Of a DNA stretch of 64,000 nucleotides, positions 23,509-34,342 are shown in pieces. The stretch is from contig JBHGNT010000016.1 in the NCBI GenBank assembly GCA_043228905.1, positions 15,500,001 to 15,564,000 on the forward strand, in the 5' to 3' direction. The notes below the pieces were generated by a model. It was not told the DNA's origin and ran no database searches. It saw only the letters and a list, made by a program, of their open reading frames with translations. Numbering within the stretch: position 1 is the first letter of the stretch; the number at the start of each line of letters is the position of its first letter. The stretch comes from Azolla caroliniana (Eukaryota > Plantae > Polypodiophyta). The position numbers and the translations under genes were made by a program.

Positions 23509-24354
23509 GACTTGGTTTAAGTGGGATCGTCCTCGATTCTGCTCAGATCGCCGACCATTGTCTTTCCTCTTGATTGACCAACAGTCGAAAACATTGTGAC
23601 CGGCTTTTTTGTAATGGGTGCAAAATTCGCCTGATCGATTGGTCCTCGACTTCGACCACTATCAGTCTCCCCTCGTTCTTGATCGATTGGTATTCCAAAC
23701 GGTTTTGTCGGCTTGTTTTTTCAATCTACTCGATCGACTGGTGGGCTTCTGCCGATTCGTCGATGGTGAGTCCCATCGATTTTCGCTGAATATCCTTGGT
23801 GAGGACTTGGCCAATCGTCTCATCTAGATTTAGGATCAGACAGCTATTGGCAAATGTCATGCAGAATACCTCCCAACTCGCCGGCAAGCTCGATAGGAGG
23901 GCAAGGGCTTCAACTTCTTCTTCAAAGTTTATCCCTTGGGAGGAGAGCTCAAACAACACCTGGCTAAAGGTGTTGATGTGGGAGGTTGTAGGATCCAACT
24001 CTCTCATCTTCATATTGAATAGTTGTCGAATCAATATGAGTTTTGACGAGGAGGACTTCTTTCGCACACCGCTTGCAACTTCTCCCATAACGAGAAAGTT
24101 GTCGTCTCTAACAATCAACAAACAGTTCAGTTTGAACCGAACCGAAGCACGAAACCACGGCTTAACGGTTTAGCGGTTCGGTTTCGGTTCAGGTTTGGAT
24201 TTTCATAAACGGTTCGGTTCGGTTTCGGTTTGGTTCGGAGGGGGGGGGGGGGGGGGGCCAACAGTTCGGTTCAGTTCGAGCCCTCATCAATTTAACAATT
24301 TCGGTTAAAACGGTTTGAAAACTGTGGTTTAAACCATTTGAAACGACTTAACGG

Positions 24355-25012
24355 TGTCGTGAAGAAAACCGCCCACAAGAGGAATCGGAGGAACAAGGCG
24401 TGGGAAACGGCTCTGCACACACGCGCGCCAAGAAGTACATACGAGGATCCTAGGTGGGTAGATTCGGGGGTATGCAGTTAATGCCAAACGGCCTCTTGAC
24501 GGGCTATAAAAGGAAGAGGAAGAATAGAAGTGGGGATCTCGCGCGGAGAGGACGAAGTGCTGCCGGACCGTTTCTGGGCGTTTCTCTCTCTCTCTCTCTG
24601 TGTTTCCTTGCTTCTGGAGCTCCATAGCTTCTGTGCAGGGTTCTGAGGAGGCTCGCGCTGTTTCGAGGAACGCCCGAGTGCTTCCGGCAGCACCTCCGAC
24701 CTGCTACCCCGTTTGTGTTTCGAAGCGAACAGGCATCGGCATCTGTTCGCCGGCCTGTTCGGTTGTAAACAACCTGTGCCCCATCGAGGGTTGTAGTCGT
24801 GTTAGCCGTTCTTGTTAATACACTTATTTAGTCATTCGCATCTGTCTGTGTCGGTGTCTGTTCGCGTTCTCCGTGCTGAAGGGCCGTGTCCCTGCGTATC
24901 CCCGGTCCTGCGTAGCCGGTTCTCTCTCTTTCTCCTCCCTTGCTTGCTCTTTGGTTCGAGACCCCCGCGGTCCCGCCTCATTTTCACACGCACTTGCGTA
25001 ATTATCTCGACA
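24355..25012 (+). repeat. 5' LTR of Gypsy copy 1
   Basis: TGTCG...CGACA; TATAAAA at ~24505. Confidence 0.97.
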
Positions 25013-25016
25013 TCTT

Positions 25017-25034
25017 TGGTGAACCCGACGTGAA
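25017..25034 (+). promoter_or_regulatory. Primer-binding site complementary to tRNA-Trp
   Basis: TGGTGAACCCGACGTGAA is the reverse complement of the plant tRNA-Trp 3' end (TTCACGTCGGGTTCACCA, from memory). Confidence 0.85.
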
Positions 25035-25056
25035 AGAGGCGGCAGAAGAGCAGGAA

Positions 25057-27183
25057 ATGAGAGGGTCGGATCTCGCAGAGGCCATGGCTTCGGCCGTGGA
25101 TCGGATTGTAAACGCGCGCGAGAGCACCGGTGCCCTCGACAGAGCTATTGAGGCAGTCGTCGGCACGATCGGCCGGTTCGATGGGAAGGATGCCACGAAG
25201 TATTTGGCGTCCTACGGTGCAGAGATGCTGATGCGGGACATTCCGGAAGAAAGGCGTCTGGCCGGATTTCCCCGAGTAGCGATGCCGAGCATCCATGCGG
25301 AGGTGCTCGAGGTGCGGACGGAGAGCCGTACCTGGGAGGAGTTCGAAGGCCGGCTCCTAGAGAAATACGGGCAGGACGACGCGCTCCGGCTTTCGAAGCG
25401 AAGCTTTATGGAATGGGTGGAGTCCCCGGGAAAGGGAAGAAACGCGTCGGCGCTCCTCCGGGAGTTCGAGGAGAACTTCGCACGTCTTTCGGCGCTTGAC
25501 AGGATGATCCTGGATACAAGCCGGGTCCTGCTGTTCGTCAAATCGGTTGACGAGAGGGATCGGAGTCACGTGGGCGCCCTGCTAGAAACCGAAGACGGGC
25601 TCACTACCGACTGGGCGGCTGTCAGGAAGGTCTGTGGCCGTTTCGACAAACGGCGAGAATGGGCGGATGACGGTGCGACCGGGTCGGGCTCGGTCGCAGC
25701 AAGGAAGTTCGAACCAGCGCCACGGGTGCGAAAGGAAGGGACCGGAGAGTGGTTGGAAACCGGTTCGGCTTCGACCGGCGTAGTCACAGGCTCAACCGGA
25801 GGAGCGACGCTGGAGGAATTGACGAAGGCGATAAAGGACCTCCAAATCGCGCAGGCCCGAAGGGAAGGAGGCGAACCGGCTCGTGACCGACGGCCGGCGG
25901 CAGGAAACAGGTGCATGTGGTGCGATGAAGTCGGCCACATTCGGAAGGACTGCGGCGACTTCGCGGAGGCGCTGAGGAACAGGGTGGTGTACCTGTGGGA
26001 AGGACGGGTGCATGCCAGCGACACCCGAAGGACCCTGAGCCGAAACGACGGAAAAGGTGGTATGAAAAGGTTGATGGAAGAGGCGGCGGCCCGGCACGCG
26101 GAAACCGTCCACTACTCGGCGTCGGCCGGCATTCGAGTCGGGGGCGGCGAGGCCCGAAAGGAAAGCAAAGCCGGATTCTGGCCGACGATGCTGGAAGGCC
26201 TTGCCGGTGCAAGGCTTAAAAGGGAGGAATCGGACCGTGCGGAGAAACGGGTACGGGAGATGACCGGGTGGAGCGACCCGGTCGAGGAAAAGACGGGCTT
26301 CGTGGAAGCCGCTTGCCGGAACTACGAGGCTCTAGTAGAAGAGAAGCGGGTGGGGAAACCCGGGGCGACCGGGCCCTCACAACGATACGAGACCCGGTCC
26401 GGGTCACGACGGGACGAAGCCGGCGGGGCCGGTACGCAAGATAAACCCCAGAAGGGTGGATACCGTCTGGGGACGGAGATAGAAAGAACCACGGACTTAC
26501 GAAAGGTCCTGGAGGAACGGATCCTCGACAGCAAGGTGGAGCTGTCGCTACGGGAGGTGCTGGGAATCGCCAAGAAGGAGTTCCACGACTCCATCGTGGA
26601 CTTGGTGAAACGGAAGAGGCTGTCAACGGAGACAGAACCGGAAAGACCGGTGGAAGTGCGGACGACGCACCTAGACGACATGGCGCTGGGAGACGAGTGG
26701 GCGGAAAGCCACTATTCGAGACCACATTGGGCCCGAGCGACCACGGAAACCCCGGTGAAGATCGGCGATGTCCAGGAACCGGTGGTAGCTTTAGTAGACC
26801 ACGGATCGGAGATCAATTTGATGTCCATGGACTTCTATAAGAAGGGCAAATGGCCGATCAACACCAAGCACGGGTGGAAAATAAGGGCAGCAACGCGCAC
26901 CACCGAGGAACTGCACGGGGCCTGTCCGAATGTGCGAGTCAAGATCGGCGATGTCGAGATTGACCAGCACTTCTTCGTGCAGGAGACGTCTTCGCATCCG
27001 GTCATACTGGGAGAGCCGTACATCACGGCGGCGCGAATGGAGACCAAGGTGCTGGACAACGGTTCGGCCTATGCGCGGGTCAAGAGCCAGGACGGGCGCC
27101 ATTCGGTCCAGTTTTTGACGGTCAGGCCGAACCACGAGCGTAACCGCGACTCCCTCGGTTCCGATAACCGAGAGGATTTTTAG
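25057..27183 (+). CDS. gag: Gag-protease polyprotein
   Basis: First ATG after the PBS; zinc knuckle CMWCDEVGHIRKDC; aspartic protease LVDHGSEINLM ... VILGEPY. Confidence 0.93.
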   Translation: MRGSDLAEAMASAVDRIVNARESTGALDRAIEAVVGTIGRFDGKDATKYLASYGAEMLMRDIPEERRLAGFPRVAMPSIHAEVLEVRTESRTWEEFEGRLLEKYGQDDALRLSKRSFMEWVESPGKGRNASALLREFEENFARLSALDRMILDTSRVLLFVKSVDERDRSHVGALLETEDGLTTDWAAVRKVCGRFDKRREWADDGATGSGSVAARKFEPAPRVRKEGTGEWLETGSASTGVVTGSTGGATLEELTKAIKDLQIAQARREGGEPARDRRPAAGNRCMWCDEVGHIRKDCGDFAEALRNRVVYLWEGRVHASDTRRTLSRNDGKGGMKRLMEEAAARHAETVHYSASAGIRVGGGEARKESKAGFWPTMLEGLAGARLKREESDRAEKRVREMTGWSDPVEEKTGFVEAACRNYEALVEEKRVGKPGATGPSQRYETRSGSRRDEAGGAGTQDKPQKGGYRLGTEIERTTDLRKVLEERILDSKVELSLREVLGIAKKEFHDSIVDLVKRKRLSTETEPERPVEVRTTHLDDMALGDEWAESHYSRPHWARATTETPVKIGDVQEPVVALVDHGSEINLMSMDFYKKGKWPINTKHGWKIRAATRTTEELHGACPNVRVKIGDVEIDQHFFVQETSSHPVILGEPYITAARMETKVLDNGSAYARVKSQDGRHSVQFLTVRPNHERNRDSLGSDNREDF

Positions 27184-30100
27184 AGAGGACTGCCAAGGCG
27201 TGGGGCCGCGACAGTCCGGATGCTCCGGGAAAACCCCACATTTGTACGATAAAACCGTGTACGACAGGTAGGGTATTTTGCTTCTCCGACAGCGGAGCGT
27301 GTACGATAGTCGGCATCGGCGGCCGAGAGAAGACAAAGGCGGAGGGGAGACTTCGAGCGTGCGGAGTTCTCGGCCCTGACGAGGAAATCAGCGGAGCCGT
27401 GGAGGCGGTCTCATTCGACGACACCTTGGGGACGCTGGGAAAGGTGGTCGAAGAAGGCCTTAACGAAGACCGGACGATACCGGTGTGTTCCGAGGAGATG
27501 TACGGAGTCATCATGGACTTCGGTCGAGGACTCGAGTCAGTTCGGACGGCCCGCGTAAGCACCAAGTACAAGACTGTGGACCGGAAGGTAAGGCCAGTCG
27601 CGGCACCCTTACCGGAGGACAGCGCGTCGAGAATCAAAGGGGTTGCATCGGACCCTAGTCTACGAGATCCGGCCTGCATAGGGCACACCTTCACCGACGA
27701 GACGCTCCGAGAGCTCAAAATAGGTGGGGGCGGGTTCCTACTGCCGGCGGAGGAAGACCGGTTTCGGAGAATGCTCGGAAGGCACGGGAAAGCCTTCGCA
27801 TTCTCGCCGGAGGAAATCGGGTGCGTTGACCCGACGATCGTGGAGCCAATGGTGATATTCACGGTACCGCATGTACCATGGAATCTCAAGCCAATCCCGG
27901 TTCCGAGAGCTCACATCCCGAAGTTGATGGAGCTGCTGAGGCAGAAAGTTGATATGGGAATTCTTGAGCCGTCGAGCGCCCCATATTCGAATCGATGGTT
28001 TACCGTACCGAAGAAAAACGGTTCGTTGCGCTTCATCCAGGACCTGCAGCCGATCAATCGAGTGACCATTCGGAACGCAGGGATCGGACCGACCATAGAC
28101 GAGTTCGCGGAGGCCTTCGCCGGAAGGTCAATTTACTCGGTCGGGGATCTATACTCAGGGTACGACCAGTTCCAGCTAGCCGTGGAGAGCAGAGACATTA
28201 CGACGATGCGAACTCCCCTCGGCCTAGTTCGGATGTGTACACTGCCGCAAGGAGGGACCAACTCGGTGGCCCACATGGTGAATGCGATGAACAAGGTTCT
28301 GAGGGACTGTATCCCGGACATCACCATGCCGTTTCTGGATGACATCCCGATCAAGGGATGCCCGGTGGAAGAAAAGGACGAGACGATCGGGCCGGACGGA
28401 TGCCGGCGATTCGTGGCGACGCACATCGACGACTGCGAGAAGGTGCTGCAAAGGCTAGAGGATGCGAGACTCACCTTCTCCGGGGAGAAGTCGGCCTTCG
28501 GGCAGTCAGAAATCATGGTGGTCGGACACCTGTGCGGACCATATGGCCGGAAACCGTCTCCGGCAAAGGTAGAAGCCATCTCCGCGATGAAGCCCGACTG
28601 CAGCTCGGTCACGGAAGTACGGAGATTTCTGGGGGCATGCGCGTTCTACCACATATGGATCCCGCATTACGCGCACGTCGCGGAGCCACTGTACGGGTTG
28701 CTGAGAAGGGGGCGAAGTTTCGAATGGCTGGACGAGCACGCGGAGTCGGTCCGAAAGCTGAAAGAGGCCCTTGCAGCGGCACCGGCACTCCGGAAGGCGG
28801 TATACGGGAAGGGCACCCCGGTATTCATAACGGTGGATACCAGTCCGACCGGGATCGGATGGGTCGTGAACCAGGAAGACGAGGACGGCAATCGGTTTCC
28901 GATCCGATTCGGCGCGAAAGTCCTCAGTGAACGACAGCGAGGATACGCCCAGGTTAAACGCGAACTCTGGGGTATTGTTTCGGCGGTTAAGGCCGACAAA
29001 GATTACCTGATAGGGACAGAAGTGATCATCGAGACGGATTGCCTGCCGATTCTCGGTATGGTTTCCGGATGCGCGACCCCGGACCTGGCGATGCTCAGGT
29101 GGATAGCGTACATCAAGTCCCTGGACCCGGAAATACGACACATTTCCGGGAAAGACAACGCCATGGCCGACATGCTTTCGAGGGCGAGGTTCGACGACGA
29201 GGGCGGCATGGTTTCGGAAGACGAAGAAGTCGGCGTGGATTTCTTCGAGGCGGCATACATAACGACCGACGGGATGAGCACTCCGGCGCTTAACGAGTTC
29301 GACGCGAGCAAGTACGACGGGGAGTGGCTGCAGATCGGCGGGTTTTTGAAGACAATGATGCCCGATGCGTCATGGACGAAGGACGAGGCCAACCGGATCC
29401 GGAAGAAAGCATATCGATTCTTTCTCCGAGATGGGAATTTGTGGAAGCACCCGAAGAAGAGGAACGGCGTCCCGCTCCGGGTGGTGGCGATGAAGGAAGA
29501 ACAGGAGGAGCTACTGGCGGCCCACCACGACAGCCCTTGGGCTGGACACCGTGGAACGTGGGCGACTTTTGAGAAGCTGAAGGGGAAGTACTGGTGGCCG
29601 GGATTGTACCGGGACGTGCATCGGTTCGTGTCAACTTGCGAGAGTTGTCAGATGCACTCGATAGTCCGACACCGGGACGGGCTTCGCCCTACGTACCCTC
29701 CGACTATCCACTTCAAATGGATGGTAGATCTGGTGACGATGCCGATGGGGGTAGGACAGATGCGGTATCTGGTCCTAGCACGGGAAGACCTGACGAACCA
29801 GGTGGAAGGCCGAGCTCTTCAGAACAAGACGACCGCGGCCGTGTGTCGGTTCCTAATCGAGGACGTGATATGCCGGTACGGGTGCGTCGGGAAGATCGTG
29901 GCTGACCGAGGGGAGTTGGACGCCGAAGAAGCCGCGGAGCTATTCGACCGGCTGGGGGTCAAGCTCTCGCTCACCACTGCGTACAATCCGGAGGCGAATG
30001 GAAAGGTGGAGCGCGGACACGGACCGATCGTCAAAGCGTTGGTTCGGGCATGCGGAGGCCGAATCGGTGACTGGCCGCGGCTCCTACCTTATGCTTTGTG

Positions 30101-30662
30101 GGCAGACCGGACCACGCACAGTTCGGTAACCGGGTACATGCCGACAGAGCTCATGTTCGGCCAGAAGCCGATCATGCCGATTGAACGGACGATCTCCTCG
30201 TGGGCAACGGTCGACTGGAGGGACGAGATGAGCCGGGAGGAGTTGTTGGCCGCGCGTATACGACAGCTCGAGCGGAGACCGGAGGACGTGGCACTGGCTA
30301 CGGAGAAGCTCCGGGTGGCGAGGACAAAGAACAAAGCCCGGTTCGACCGATCGCACCGGCTACGACCGAAGAAAATCGACGAAGGTGACTGGGTGCTCGT
30401 CTACGACAGCAGCCTCGACAACCAGCACCGAGCAACGCGGAAGTTCGCACAGAGATGGTTCGGGCCGTACACGGTACAGAGCGCCAACGACAACGGGACG
30501 TATCATCTGGCGGAACTCGACGGTACGAGAATAGTGATACCCGTGGCCGGGAAGAGGATCAAAGCTTTCAAGAAGCGGCACGACGACGAACCCGACCCGA
30601 TTCTCCTGGACAGCAGCGACGACCGATCCGAGGCCGAGAAAGGGCCGGCAGGCGAAGAGTAA
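27180..30662 (+). CDS. pol: Pol (RT-RNase H-integrase) in the -1 frame, probably reached by ribosomal frameshift
   Basis: Open from the slippery site; LPQG, PFLDD, VDTS, HHCC, DDE core, GPY/F motif; no chromodomain. Confidence 0.95.
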   Translation, partial: LERTAKAWGRDSPDAPGKPHICTIKPCTTGRVFCFSDSGACTIVGIGGREKTKAEGRLRACGVLGPDEEISGAVEAVSFDDTLGTLGKVVEEGLNEDRTIPVCSEEMYGVIMDFGRGLESVRTARVSTKYKTVDRKVRPVAAPLPEDSASRIKGVASDPSLRDPACIGHTFTDETLRELKIGGGGFLLPAEEDRFRRMLGRHGKAFAFSPEEIGCVDPTIVEPMVIFTVPHVPWNLKPIPVPRAHIPKLMELLRQKVDMGILEPSSAPYSNRWFTVPKKNGSLRFIQDLQPINRVTIRNAGIGPTIDEFAEAFAGRSIYSVGDLYSGYDQFQLAVESRDITTMRTPLGLVRMCTLPQGGTNSVAHMVNAMNKVLRDCIPDITMPFLDDIPIKGCPVEEKDETIGPDGCRRFVATHIDDCEKVLQRLEDARLTFSGEKSAFGQSEIMVVGHLCGPYGRKPSPAKVEAISAMKPDCSSVTEVRRFLGACAFYHIWIPHYAHVAEPLYGLLRRGRSFEWLDEHAESVRKLKEALAAAPALRKAVYGKGTPVFITVDTSPTGIGWVVNQEDEDGNRFPIRFGAKVLSERQRGYAQVKRELWGIVSAVKADKDYLIGTEVIIETDCLPILGMVSGCATPDLAMLRWIAYIKSLDPEIRHISGKDNAMADMLSRARFDDEGGMVSEDEEVGVDFFEAAYITTDGMSTPALNEFDASKYDGEWLQIGGFLKTMMPDASWTKDEANRIRKKAYRFFLRDGNLWKHPKKRNGVPLRVVAMKEEQEELLAAHHDSPWAGHRGTWATFEKLKGKYWWPGLYRDVHRFVSTCESCQMHSIVRHRDGLRPTYPPTIHFKWMVDLVTMPMGVGQMRYLVLAREDLTNQVEGRALQNKTTAAVCRFLIEDVICRYGCVGKIVADRGELDAEEAAELFDRLGVKLSLTTAYNPEANGKVERGHGPIVKALVRACGGRIGDWPRLLPYALWADRTTHSSVTGYMPTELMFGQKPIMPIERTISSWATVDWRDEMSREELLAARIRQLERRPEDVALATEKLRVARTKNKARFDRSHRLRPKKIDEGDWVLVYDSSLDNQHRATRKFAQRWFGPYTVQSANDNGTYHLAELDGTRIVIPVAGKRIKAFKKRHDDEPDPILLDSSDDRSEAEKGPAGEE

Positions 30663-30734
30663 AGGCGGGCCGGTTTTCTCCGTGCCAACTTAATTTGGCG
30701 CATACCGGTGGATGCGCGGTTAGGTGGGGGCGGA

Positions 30735-31392
30735 TGTCGTGAAGAAAACCGCCCACAAGAGGAATCGGAGGAACAAGGCGTGGGAAACGGCTCTGCACAC
30801 ACGCGCGCCAAGAAGTACATACGAGGATCCTAGGTGGGTAGATTCGGGGGTATGCAGTTAATGCCAAACGGCCTCTTGACGGGCTATAAAAGGAAGAGGA
30901 AGAATAGAAGTGGGGATCTCGCGCGGAGAGGACGAAGTGCTGCCGGACCGTTTCTGGGCGTTTCTCTCTCTCTCTCTCTGTGTTTCCTTGCTTCTGGAGC
31001 TCCATAGCTTCTGTGCAGGGTTCTGAGGAGGCTCGCGCTGTTTCGAGGAACGCCCGAGTGCTTCCGGCAGCACCTCCGACCTGCTACCCCGTTTGTGTTT
31101 CGAAGCGAACAGGCATCGGCATCTGTTCGCCGGCCTGTTCGGTTGTAAACAACCTGTGCCCCATCGAGGGTTGTAGTCGTGTTAGCCGTTCTTGTTAATA
31201 CACTTATTTAGTCATTCGCATCTGTCTGTGTCGGTGTCTGTTCGCGTTCTCCGTGTTGAAGGGCCGTGTCCCTGCGTATCCCCGGTCCTGCGTAGCCGGT
31301 TCTCTCTCTTTCTCCTCCCTTGCTTGCTCTTTGGTTCGAGACCCCCGCGGTCCCGCCTCATTTTCACACGCACTTGCGTAATTATCTCGACA
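30735..31392 (+). repeat. 3' LTR of Gypsy copy 1
   Basis: Direct repeat of 24355-25012. Confidence 0.97.
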
Positions 31393-31485
31393 ACGGTTTG
31401 GGTGACAATTTTATAAATAAAGGTAAATTTTATCAATTTAAAAAAAATTGAAAACTGATTTTGACCTAACTTCTAAAAAACGCGT

Positions 31486-31537
31486 CTTCTTCTTCTTCTT
31501 CTTCTTCTTCTTCTTCTTCTTCTTCTTCTACTTCTTC
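31486..31537 (+). repeat. (CTT)n microsatellite
   Basis: ~17 CTT units with one interruption. Confidence 0.95.
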
Positions 31538-34342
31538 GAAAACAAACTCTCGAAGCTCACACAAATAAAGGTATTTCTCCTTCTCCTTCTTCTTGTGTAG
31601 CCTGTGAGTCTGAATAGAGGTGTGTTTAATAATTTTTCATCAAAATAGTCATATTATCAATGATCATTTTCATTTTCTTTTGGTGGTATTCTTGTTTATC
31701 AATCTTGATTTGTGATGGAGATTGCTTTCTCACCAAAGTAATAAGTATGAGAAATTGTAGATACATGGAATGTTAGTTGAATCTTCATAGCTAGTTGTAC
31801 ATGAATATGATTCAGCCTTGTACAATCCAACTTTTGATAAGGACACGATGATTGCAATTCGTTAAGAAGAAGTCATACTTGATTTTGCTAGTTTGACATT
31901 CTTTAGTGTGCTTGTCCTGGCTTTGACCTTTCTTAGATAGCCCACAATGGAAGGCCATAAAGAACTATGTGCCACTATTTTGTAGATTGACATTCGTGTT
32001 TATCAATCTTGATTTGTGATGGAGACTACCTGGAGACTTTAGTGAAGCATATAATAACGTGGATATAGATGTGGAGGATATTGCTATGGAGGATGATGTA
32101 GTGGACTATAGGGTGAGTCAAACAAGATCATTTGTTTAATTACCCATATATTTCTTTTTAGTTTCATACTCTTCTTATTCATGTTTATAAAATAGCACAT
32201 GACTTTTTGGTATTTTCTAAGGTCTTCATTTTTTTATGGATTTTAATGTTTTTTATGCTTCGTATTTAGTTATTTGTTTACATAATTTGACAAATTAAGT
32301 TCCAACAAGCTTTTAGACAGGTGAATTTCAGAAGTTGATTGAGGTTTCAAACAGGTGGGTTTATTCTTCATCTACTTTATAATGTAATCTTTATAAATAA
32401 TAATACATCCACATTTTGTTGTAAACATTAATCAGTAATTTGTTCCTTGTATTTGTGAGGATTACGTTGGACTTGCTACAAGGCTTAGTGAATATGGCGC
32501 TCTAGGATTGATGCTCTATATTATATGGGGGAATTGGTATGCAATGGTTGTTCAGGTAATGGAATGGAATTATGGTATGTGGTTCTGATATGATGATATC
32601 ATATCATTTTCTGGAATTTGGATATGAACTTGTTACTTCGATGTATTACTTATTAGATAATATCTTTCTAGCATGCAGAAATTGTAAATCTAAGGTCAAT
32701 GGCTAATTTCTTGGTAGTGGGTTATACAGGTGCAATTATTTCTTTGGGATAACTGCCCATCTATCTTAGGACCTCATCCATTCCAATGATCCCAGAAAAG
32801 ATTTTTCAAGCAATAATTATCACAATCAAATGTATGATATTCATCGAAGATTTCATGCAAAACAAGCTCGCACGGAATCAAAATTTAATATGTGTCCTGA
32901 AATATCTTGGAGCAACCCTCCTAAGGTAATAGCTTTTCTTTGCCAGTTAACACCTAATACAATAGTTTGCTTATTTGTCACACTCGGTTCTTATTTGTTG
33001 GTAAATATGAAATTTTCTATAGTTCCGGTTGGATCCTACACTATTCATGGGGAAAGCTTAGAAGTAGCAGTACAACAAACCCTATTTCTAGAATAATCTC
33101 TACTTCTGATGCAGTTTATATTATTTCTTAAAAATAATATTACATGGTGGAATAAGAGTTTCACCCTATTTGGACATTGAATCAATGACATTTTGTATAT
33201 ATATATATATATACATGTTTTGAAGTTATTGACATGTAATTGATCATGGAGAAACCCAAAATTCATTTTTATATTGATTAGAAATAAAGCCTACTTGGTG
33301 GAATCAAAGTAATATCACCATGTTTGGACATTGAATTAATATTGTATTATATATACATGTTTGGAAGTTATTGACATATTCTAGCAAGTTTTAAGATTTT
33401 TTTATTATCTTTTATTTATTGTTAGATGTCATCATAAATTTAGCATGTGGGCTTATGTAAATTTTAGAAAAAACATCGATAATTTGTTTATAAAAAGAAA
33501 CCAAAACCAAACCGTGAAACCGTGGTTTTAACGGTTCATAAGTCTTTAGAACCATTTGGTTTAGGTTCGATTTTTTTGTAAACAGTTCGGTTAAGACGGT
33601 TTCGTGGTTCGGTTCGGTTTAAGTTTCAACTTTTTCTTAAGAGCTCAGTTTGAACCGGTTTGGGTTTGGGACCTCCAAACCAAACCGAACTGAACCGAAT
33701 CGTTGCCGATTGTTAGTTTTCTCCTTGGCCATGTTGAAGTAGACGTTCTCGGTTAGATGCATTTGGATGGTGGAATGCACAATTTCGTCTAATGATCTCC
33801 ACTCTTCACTTGACATCGAAGCAGGTTTTTAACTATGTCGAATGGCTTCGACCTGTCTTTTGATGATCATGATATCCTACATCATCTCCTTCCATAGGGA
33901 AAAAATTTTGTCGTTGAACTTTCGGACTTCAACTCCTATACCAGATGTGGAAGCCATATTCCGTTTTGAAAGTGAGATTCTTCACTGACCTAGACTTTTC
34001 CTTCCATTCATTTTGTTGTTTTGTTGCCGCCGAACAGCAAGTCATTCTGATACCACTTGATGTACGATATGCATGGAAGAACGCTTGAGGACTTGTCGTT
34101 TATGCACAACAAACAACATACATACATATGTATCAAGAGGAGTAGATAGACAAAAAGTTAAGCTTCAATGGTGATTCTCGTTATTCTCTATTTTCTCTCT
34201 CTCTCTGAGACTCAAGATACAAAAATGATCAAGAAGATTTTGTTACAATGTTAGGTTATTGCTTATATACTAAGCCCGAACTATTTGGACAGGTTCACAC
34301 ACTAGGATACAAAGTGGAAGGAGTCGACCTTTTATGCCAACA

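Larger units (their letters stand above)
24355..31392 (+). mobile_element. Intact, very young non-chromoviral Ty3/Gypsy element (copy 1)
   Basis: 658-bp LTRs 24355-25012 and 30735-31392 with one difference seen (24876 C / 31256 T); TSD ACGG; PBS 25017-34; PPT aggtgggggcgga; both ORFs open. Confidence 0.97.
24109..33715. mobile_element. Non-autonomous hAT-like DNA transposon (~2.6 kb net) carrying a Gypsy insertion
   Basis: Inverted ends TAACAATC..CAA; 8-bp TSD GTCGTCTC (24101-08) / GTTTTCTC (33716-23), 6 of 8 matching; dense AACCG/CGGTT subterminal repeats at both ends; removing it rejoins the Copia gag. Confidence 0.8.
18922..34342 (-). mobile_element. 3'-truncated Tork-like Copia (5' LTR, PBS, gag, PR) split by a hAT-like element and a chromovirus
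   Basis: 5' LTR 34058-34342 resembles 50495-50784; Met-type PBS at 34044-55; gag MASTSGIGVEVRKF from ~33957, resuming at 24108-23509; PR WLLDYSATFHVTP at 18922-19101. Confidence 0.85.

Noticed and set aside
24940-25056. Gag ORF extension through U5 and the PBS (TTG start in the ORF track)
   Set aside because: Copy 2 has a 1-nt indel there that breaks the frame; ATG 25057 is preferred
25002-30820. Many antisense and alternate-frame ORFs in the GC-rich Gypsy copies (also 57600-63997)
   Set aside because: Expected shadows of GC-rich coding sequence; shared only because the copies are close relatives
32830-33096. 88-aa ORF as a host gene
   Set aside because: No recognisable motif, it runs through an intron-like segment and lies inside a transposon; kept only as possible cargo
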